Source: Candidatus Eiseniibacteriota bacterium (GTDB taxonomy: Bacteria; Eisenbacteria; RBG-16-71-46; JABDJR01). From it: DNA of 64,000 nt. The stretch is from NCBI GenBank assembly GCA_963783375.1, contig CAWANH010000028.1, positions 640,001-704,000 of the forward strand, in the 5' to 3' direction. The position numbers were made by a program, and so were the translations under genes. Below are positions 58,124 through 64,000 of the stretch, one piece after another. The number at the start of each line of letters is the position of its first letter. The stretch's first letter is position 1. The notes beneath the pieces are model-generated. The model made no database searches. It saw only the letters and a list, made by a program, of their open reading frames with translations, and had not been told where the DNA came from.

Positions 58124-58283
58124 GCGCCAAGCCCGCCAAGCCGTGGAAGCGTCGGGCAGTTCCCCCAATCTGCTATCCTCACCTCCCCCGGGGGGCGGGG
58201 CGCTGCCGAAGGGCGCCTGGGCTTGTACGCCCCTCCGGGGATCTTAACTCGCGCATTCACCTCGACTTGACGCACCGGTAAAG

Positions 58284-61172
58284 GTGGTCCCCGTGTCCCT
58301 GAAGCACCATCCCTACGCCCCCTTCCTCCACCGGGTGGCCAAGCCCGCCCGCTACACCGGGGGCGAGACCAACCAGATCGTGAAGGACCCGGCCCAGGTC
58401 CGGGTGCGGATGGCCCTGGCTTTCCCCGACGTCTACGACATCGGCATGAGCCACCTGGGGACCAAGATCCTCTACTCGCTCCTGAACCGCCGCCCCGACA
58501 TCGCCGCCGAGCGCGTGTTCTGCCCCTGGATCGACATGGAGCGGGAACTCCGCGAGCGGAACCTCCCGCTTCTGAGCCTCGAGACGGCGAGCCCCCTGAC
58601 CGACTTCGACGTGGTCGGGTTCTCGCTCCAGTACGAACTCACGTTCACCAACGTCCTCACCATGCTGGACCTGGCCTCGATCCCCTTTCGATCCGCCGAC
58701 CGTAGCGAACGCCACCCGCTGGTGATCGCCGGCGGCCCCGTCGCCACCCAGCCCGAGCCCATGGCGCCCTTCATCGACGCCTTCCTGATCGGCGACGCCG
58801 AGGAGAAGCTCCCCGAGATGCTCCTCCTGGTGGCGGACATGAAGGCCAACAACGTCCCCAGGCGCGAGCAGCTCATACGGATCGCGCGCCTCGGCGGGTT
58901 CTACGTCCCCGCGCTCTACCCCACCGAACTCGATCCCCGCACCGGGTTCGTGGTGGTCGGCGCGCCCAATACCGAAGACATCCCCGCCAAGCCCCAACGG
59001 CAAGTCGTCCAGGACATCGACCGCTACCCCTTCCCCGATGACGCGCCGGTGGCCGCGGCCGAAGCCATCTTCGACCGCATGGCCATCGAGATCGCCCGCG
59101 GCTGCACCGAGGGCTGCCGGTTCTGCCAGGCCGGGATGATTTACCGTCCGGTCCGCGAGCGCGATCCCGAGGGGATCGTGAACACCATCGTCAGCGCGGT
59201 GAAGAAGGGCGGCTACGACGAGGTCGGGCTCACCACGCTCTCCACCGCCGACTACTCGTGCATCTCGCCCCTCATCAAGAAGGTCATGGGGAAGCTCCGC
59301 GAGGAGAAGGTCTCGCTCTCGGTGGCGTCGCTCCGGGCCTACGGGCTGGACGAGGACCTCTTCGACGAGATCAAGACCGTCCGCGCCACCGGCCTCACCT
59401 TCGCCCCCGAAGCCGGAACCCAGCGGATGCGGGACGTGGTCAACAAGAACATCTCCGAGGAGGACCTCGACCGGACCGCCCACCGGGTGTTCAGCCGCGG
59501 CTGGCGGCGGATGAAGCTCTACTTCATGATCGGCCTCCCCACCGAAGCCGACGAGGACGTGGCGGGGATCATGGAACTCGGCCGGCGCATGAAGCGGATC
59601 GGCGCGCAGTACCACAAACCGGCCGCGGTGGGGATCACGGTGGCGGTGTCGTCCCATGTGCCCAAGCCCCACACGCCGTTCCAGTGGTGCGCCATGGACT
59701 CGCTGGAGGAGATCGAGCGGAAGCAGGACATCCTCCGCGACCTCGCGCGCCGCTACCGGCTGGAGTTCCGCCGCCACGACCCGCGCACCACCTACCTCGA
59801 GTGCGTCCTGGGCCGCGGCGACCGCCGGATGGCCGACGTGATCGAGGCCGTCTGGCGGGCGGGCGGGCGGTTCGACTCCTGGGACGACCAGCTTCGCTGG
59901 GACGCCTGGGTCGACGCGATGGCCGCCCACCCCGGGATCCCCTACGACCTGTTCCTCGGCACCCTGCCGGTGGACGGGCGGCTCCCCTGGGACCACCTGG
60001 ACATGGGGCTGGAGGATCGCTTCCTGGCCACCGAGTACCGGCGGTCCATGCGCTCCAAGCTCTCGCCCCCCTGCGGGAAGCCGGCCGGCGCCCTGGTGCA
60101 CCACACGAACCTGGCCGACCACGACGCCGACCAGCGGATCCTGGTCTGCTACCACTGCGGCGTGGAGTGCGACATGACGCAGATGCGTGAGGACCGCGGC
60201 GAGTTCCTGCGGAAGCTCGGGGCGTACCGGCCGCCGTCGGAGGCGGACGTGTTCGTCCCCACCGAGGAGCTGGGCCGGCCCGCGAATGGCGAGTCGGCCG
60301 ATGAAGAGAGTACCCAGGTACACCAGGCCTCCCGCGACGCCAACGACCCGCAACGAAACGGCAGGCGTCCGCACGATTTCCAGCAGGGCGAACCCCAGCG
60401 CTACCGGGTGCGGTTCGCCAAGTTCTCGGTGGCCGCGCTCACCGGCCATCTCGACCTGGTGCGCGCCCTTCCCCGGGTGCTCCGCCGCGCCGGCGTGAAC
60501 CCCTACTACAGCGAGGGCTTCCACCCCAAGCCGGTGATGGAGTTCTCGCCGCCGCTTCCGCTGGGACTGGTGAGCCTGGATGAGGTGGTGGACCTGTCGC
60601 TCGCCGAACAGCTCCCCGCGGGCGAGCTCCTGGCCCGGCTCCGCGCCCACGCCCCCGAGGGGCTCGAGTTCCTCGCCGTGGAGCGGCTCCCCCAGGGCGC
60701 TCGGAAGCTTTCCCGCGAGCTGGCCGCGGCGGAGTACATGGTGCGGGTGGACGCGGACCAGATCGCCAAGGCGGATCCGGCCGCCGGCCCGCTCGACGAT
60801 GCCCCGGCGCGATTCCTCGCGTGGACCGAAGCCCCGTGGCGCGTCACCCGCAAACGCCGCGAGAAGACCGTGGACCTCCGCCCCGAAGTGGACGCGGTGG
60901 GGTGGATTCCCGCCGGAGCCGTTCCCCGGGAACTCGGCGAGCAGGCCGGCTTCATCCGGCCCGGCGCGAGGTATCTCTCGGTCCGGGTCCGGCTCGACAC
61001 CGAGGGACACGCCCGCCCCGAGGAGGTCGCCGCCGCGATCCTGGGCTTCGACCCCGGCTTCGAGGCCCCCCACCTCGCCCGCACCCGGCTCCTCAAGGGC
61101 GCGCCCGACGGCTGGTCGCCGGTCGTCCCGGATGCCGCCGGCTCCCCCCACGAGCCCGTCACCTCGGTCTGA
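58284..61172 (+). CDS. TIGR03960-type radical SAM protein fused to a TIGR03936/DUF2344 domain
   Basis: FPDVYDIGMSHLG, CTEGCRFC, TFAPEAG, PKPHTPFQW, YSEGFHPKP. Confidence 0.9.
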   Translation: MVPVSLKHHPYAPFLHRVAKPARYTGGETNQIVKDPAQVRVRMALAFPDVYDIGMSHLGTKILYSLLNRRPDIAAERVFCPWIDMERELRERNLPLLSLETASPLTDFDVVGFSLQYELTFTNVLTMLDLASIPFRSADRSERHPLVIAGGPVATQPEPMAPFIDAFLIGDAEEKLPEMLLLVADMKANNVPRREQLIRIARLGGFYVPALYPTELDPRTGFVVVGAPNTEDIPAKPQRQVVQDIDRYPFPDDAPVAAAEAIFDRMAIEIARGCTEGCRFCQAGMIYRPVRERDPEGIVNTIVSAVKKGGYDEVGLTTLSTADYSCISPLIKKVMGKLREEKVSLSVASLRAYGLDEDLFDEIKTVRATGLTFAPEAGTQRMRDVVNKNISEEDLDRTAHRVFSRGWRRMKLYFMIGLPTEADEDVAGIMELGRRMKRIGAQYHKPAAVGITVAVSSHVPKPHTPFQWCAMDSLEEIERKQDILRDLARRYRLEFRRHDPRTTYLECVLGRGDRRMADVIEAVWRAGGRFDSWDDQLRWDAWVDAMAAHPGIPYDLFLGTLPVDGRLPWDHLDMGLEDRFLATEYRRSMRSKLSPPCGKPAGALVHHTNLADHDADQRILVCYHCGVECDMTQMREDRGEFLRKLGAYRPPSEADVFVPTEELGRPANGESADEESTQVHQASRDANDPQRNGRRPHDFQQGEPQRYRVRFAKFSVAALTGHLDLVRALPRVLRRAGVNPYYSEGFHPKPVMEFSPPLPLGLVSLDEVVDLSLAEQLPAGELLARLRAHAPEGLEFLAVERLPQGARKLSRELAAAEYMVRVDADQIAKADPAAGPLDDAPARFLAWTEAPWRVTRKRREKTVDLRPEVDAVGWIPAGAVPRELGEQAGFIRPGARYLSVRVRLDTEGHARPEEVAAAILGFDPGFEAPHLARTRLLKGAPDGWSPVVPDAAGSPHEPVTSV

Positions 61173-61485
61173 CGCGCGCCCGCGCGGGACGAACCGAGGT
61201 CAATTCATTGCCGGATAACGAGATACCCGGGTAAAAAATTACAACCCCTGGGTTTGTAAGTCGACTCGATCGGATCCGTCCCACTGGCGATCCGGTCCGG
61301 CGACGAAACCGCCCCGGGGCCGGACCCCAAAAACACCCGGGGCGGGCCTTCTCAGACCCGCCCCAACATCGCTTCAGCGAAGCGAATCGCTCCCCGATTT
61401 CCGCGATTTGTGCCCCCCGCATTCCTTCCGGGGGCCCCAGCCCCCGGAGTCCCAAGCTCCGGCCGTCGCCGGAACCCGTTGAAGC

Positions 61486-62481
61486 CTATACCACCTCCAT
61501 CAACCGCACCCGGTTCATGCCGCCGTTCTTGGCCGACTCCAGGGCCTGCTGGGCGGCGGCGAGGATGGCCTCGACGTCGAATTCGTTCCCGCCGGCCACC
61601 GAAACCAGGCCCACCGAGATCGTCACCCCGAACTCCTCCTCGCCGTCCTCCGAGCGGAAGGACAGCTCGGACACCCGGCGGCGGAGCCGCTCGGCCAGGA
61701 ACTGCGCGTTGGCGCGATCGGTGTGGGGACAGAGCACCAGGAATTCCTCGCCGCCGAAGCGCGAGGCGATGTCGGTGCCTCGGATCTGCTCGCGCACCGC
61801 GTCGGCGACCGCGCTGATGACCTCGTCGCCCTTTTCGTTCCCGAATTCCTCATTCACGCCGTTCACGTGGTCGATGTCGAAGAGCACCAGGGTCATGGCC
61901 TGGTTGTAGCGGATGGCGCGGGCGACCTCTTCCTCCAGGCGCTCCAGAACGAACCGGCGGTTGATGAGCCCGGTCATCTCGTCCCTGGCGGTCTGGCTTT
62001 CGAGGTCCCGGCGGAGCCGGACGATCTCGCTGCTCCGGCGTTCCAGGTCGCGGCGAGTGGTCTCGAGTTCCGAACGCATGCGTTCCACTTCCTCGCCGCT
62101 TTCCACGCGGGCGGCGGGCTCCCGGCCGATCCCCACGAAGGCCCGGCAGGAGCCGGTTTCATCCATGCAGGCGACCCAGGAATAGGCCACGGTGACCGGC
62201 TCGGCGTCCGTGCGGCGGTGAAAGACCTCGAGCTGCCGGTGCTCACCCTCGCCGTGACGGAGCGCCTCGAAAACCTCGCGGGTCTTGGAGAGCGAAAACC
62301 GCTCGATGGTGTCGAGGAACGAAACCTTGCGTCCCGCCTCCAGACCGATCACCCGCCGGAAGGTCTCGCCGGCGGCGCTCACCCTCAGATCGGGATCGAG
62401 GACCACAAAGAACTCGGGGGAGTCCCGGAAGATGCTCTCCAGGATCTCGCCAAAGGGGGGCAGCGGGGCGTTGTCGGACAT
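61486..62481 (-). CDS. PAS-coiled coil-GGDEF diguanylate cyclase
   Basis: DEMTGLINRR, DID, RGTD I-site, GGEEF. Confidence 0.9.
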   Translation of the reverse strand: MSDNAPLPPFGEILESIFRDSPEFFVVLDPDLRVSAAGETFRRVIGLEAGRKVSFLDTIERFSLSKTREVFEALRHGEGEHRQLEVFHRRTDAEPVTVAYSWVACMDETGSCRAFVGIGREPAARVESGEEVERMRSELETTRRDLERRSSEIVRLRRDLESQTARDEMTGLINRRFVLERLEEEVARAIRYNQAMTLVLFDIDHVNGVNEEFGNEKGDEVISAVADAVREQIRGTDIASRFGGEEFLVLCPHTDRANAQFLAERLRRRVSELSFRSEDGEEEFGVTISVGLVSVAGGNEFDVEAILAAAQQALESAKNGGMNRVRLMEVV

Positions 62482-62668
62482 GTCGGGTCTCCCTGGGCAG
62501 ACTGACCTGGGGGTCGGTGGGTGCTCAGGGAAGTTATCGGCCGGGAGGTGAAGGGCTTGACTCAAGAAGGCCCAGGCCCGGGCGGTCCCCCCGTCCCGCG
62601 GGGTGGGCCGCCCGGCGAGGTCAGGCGGGCGCCGGAGCGCCGGACCCGATCCCGGCCTCCGTTGCCCC

Positions 62669-63109
62669 CTACGAGCCCTTCCTGGGCTCGGCCTGGGCGA
62701 TGTCCTGGGCGGTCTGGTTCACGTCCCTTTCGAGAACGGTCATGGTGCTGTCCACATCGGTTTTCATGTCGTCCCAGACGGCGTCCGGAGCCGCCTGCAG
62801 CGTGTCCACCGTCGCGCTCATGTCGTCGGTCCGGGTGCCCAGCTCGTCCAGCCGGACGACGATCACCGCCCGAACACTGTCGGGGAGGCTCTGTGCGTCC
62901 TGCCGCAGGGCGGCCATCCGGTCCTCCAGGGCCCCCATCCTGCCGTCCACCCGCTCCATGAACTCGGCCCGGCGCTCGGCCGGAGTAAGCTCCGCCGCCG
63001 CTCCCGCCCCCTGCTCGATCTCCTGTTCCTGCTGCTTCCCGCACGCGGTGAGAACCACCGGAATGCTCAAACACATGGCGCCCACGAGGACCCAACGAAT
63101 CCCTCTCAT
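62669..63109 (-). CDS. Helical lipoprotein, hypothetical
   Basis: GGAGGAGG RBS, LTAC lipobox. Confidence 0.75.
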   Translation of the reverse strand: MRGIRWVLVGAMCLSIPVVLTACGKQQEQEIEQGAGAAAELTPAERRAEFMERVDGRMGALEDRMAALRQDAQSLPDSVRAVIVVRLDELGTRTDDMSATVDTLQAAPDAVWDDMKTDVDSTMTVLERDVNQTAQDIAQAEPRKGS

Positions 63110-63447
63110 GGCGACCTCCTCCCTATTGTTCGTGATCCGATCGTCGCGACCGGGCGGCGGAGCCCGCAACCCGGAGACGATCCCCGGGGGCCGTCCGGGA
63201 CGCGCGCTTCGGCGCCGGAACCGCGGCTGGTTGATTCCTTGTCGATTTCCCACATCCCCGCATCCCCGCATCCAGTAATACCCCGAAAACCCCGCGCGAA
63301 TCCCTGCCGGGGTAGCCGTCTGAACCCATGCGGCACGGTTCCGGCGCATGTGGCCCCATAGCCAAGCGGGCCCCCCTGGGAGGCCCGCTTCGCGCCGTGA
63401 CATCGGTTATCGGGCCGGGGCGTTCGCCGCCTCCGGACCCCGAGGGG

Positions 63448-63960
63448 TTACTTGCCCGAAGGCTCACCCTCGGTCTGCTTGGGCATCAGCTCCATCTTGG
63501 CGGAATCGATCCCCTGGTTCAGCTTCTCCATCCCCTGGTTCATCTGGGTGCGCATCTCGTCCCAGACCTGCTTGGACGCGTCCTGCTGGTTCATCATGTT
63601 GCCGCCCTGGCCCATCATCCCCTGAACCTTGCCCATCATGGCGTCGTGCATGCCGTTCACGCTGCTCACCAGGTTCTGGTACTCGGTGTCGAGCTCATTC
63701 AGCTTCTGATCGGCCGCGGTCTGGGCGTCGCCGGTCAGGGTCTGGGCCTGGGCGTGCAGGGTCTCGAGTTCCTTCTGCATGGAATCGAGACGGGTCTGCG
63801 TGTCCTGCTTGAACTGATCCAGCTCCTGGGTGGTCTCCTGGGAAAGCTGGGTCGCGGTGCCGCTCTGCTCGGCCTGCTCCCCGCTCTTGGTGCAGCCGAC
63901 GAAGGCCATGCCGAGACCGAGGGCGGGTATTAGGAACCAACGGAGGATACGCGTGTTCAT
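63448..63960 (-). CDS. Gln/Met-rich helical lipoprotein, hypothetical
   Basis: AAGGAG RBS, FVGC lipobox. Confidence 0.75.
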   Translation of the reverse strand: MNTRILRWFLIPALGLGMAFVGCTKSGEQAEQSGTATQLSQETTQELDQFKQDTQTRLDSMQKELETLHAQAQTLTGDAQTAADQKLNELDTEYQNLVSSVNGMHDAMMGKVQGMMGQGGNMMNQQDASKQVWDEMRTQMNQGMEKLNQGIDSAKMELMPKQTEGEPSGK

Positions 63961-64000
63961 GATCGATTCTCCTTGTTGTGGATCGGGCGCGGTCCGCGGA

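Noticed and set aside
58257-61151. Very long antisense and alternate-frame ORFs (964, 883, 797, 760, 702 aa and others)
   Set aside because: Shadow ORFs of high-GC coding genes, Arg/Gly/Pro-rich with no recognisable motifs.
61239-61259. TTACAA-N9-TTGTAA palindrome between convergent genes
   Set aside because: A single short inverted repeat with no adjacent promoter or gene start to support a function.

Overview
GC-rich bacterial chromosomal window with no rRNA, tRNA, CRISPR array or transposase detected. (1) Positions 1-~6200 are the distal part of an integron-type gene-cassette array: six clear attC sites and two degenerate ones, with no integrase in the window. The array decays into pseudogenes, then continues as a ~19 kb run of short, cassette-like, co-oriented genes without recognisable attC sites, up to ~25100. 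(2) Positions ~25200-64000 are mostly core or metabolic genes: asparaginase/DUF4032/GATase, an M3-like pseudo-peptidase, hflX, a wHTH-TPR regulator, a CLC channel, GT-C glycosyltransferases, a PTS-IIA/P-II/antiporter/Tpt1 cluster, hydantoinase A/B, HigBA, a radical SAM protein, a GGDEF protein and lipoproteins. The best candidates for something new are three unexplained structured intergenic RNAs (28195-28400 with a pseudoknot, 30360-30645, 45285-45590), a bacterial ALG10/DIE2-like glucosyltransferase paired with a poly-G-frameshifted GT-C gene, an AUU-initiated hflX, and several catalytically degenerate enzymes. All family calls come from motif recognition by eye; no searches or folding programs were run.
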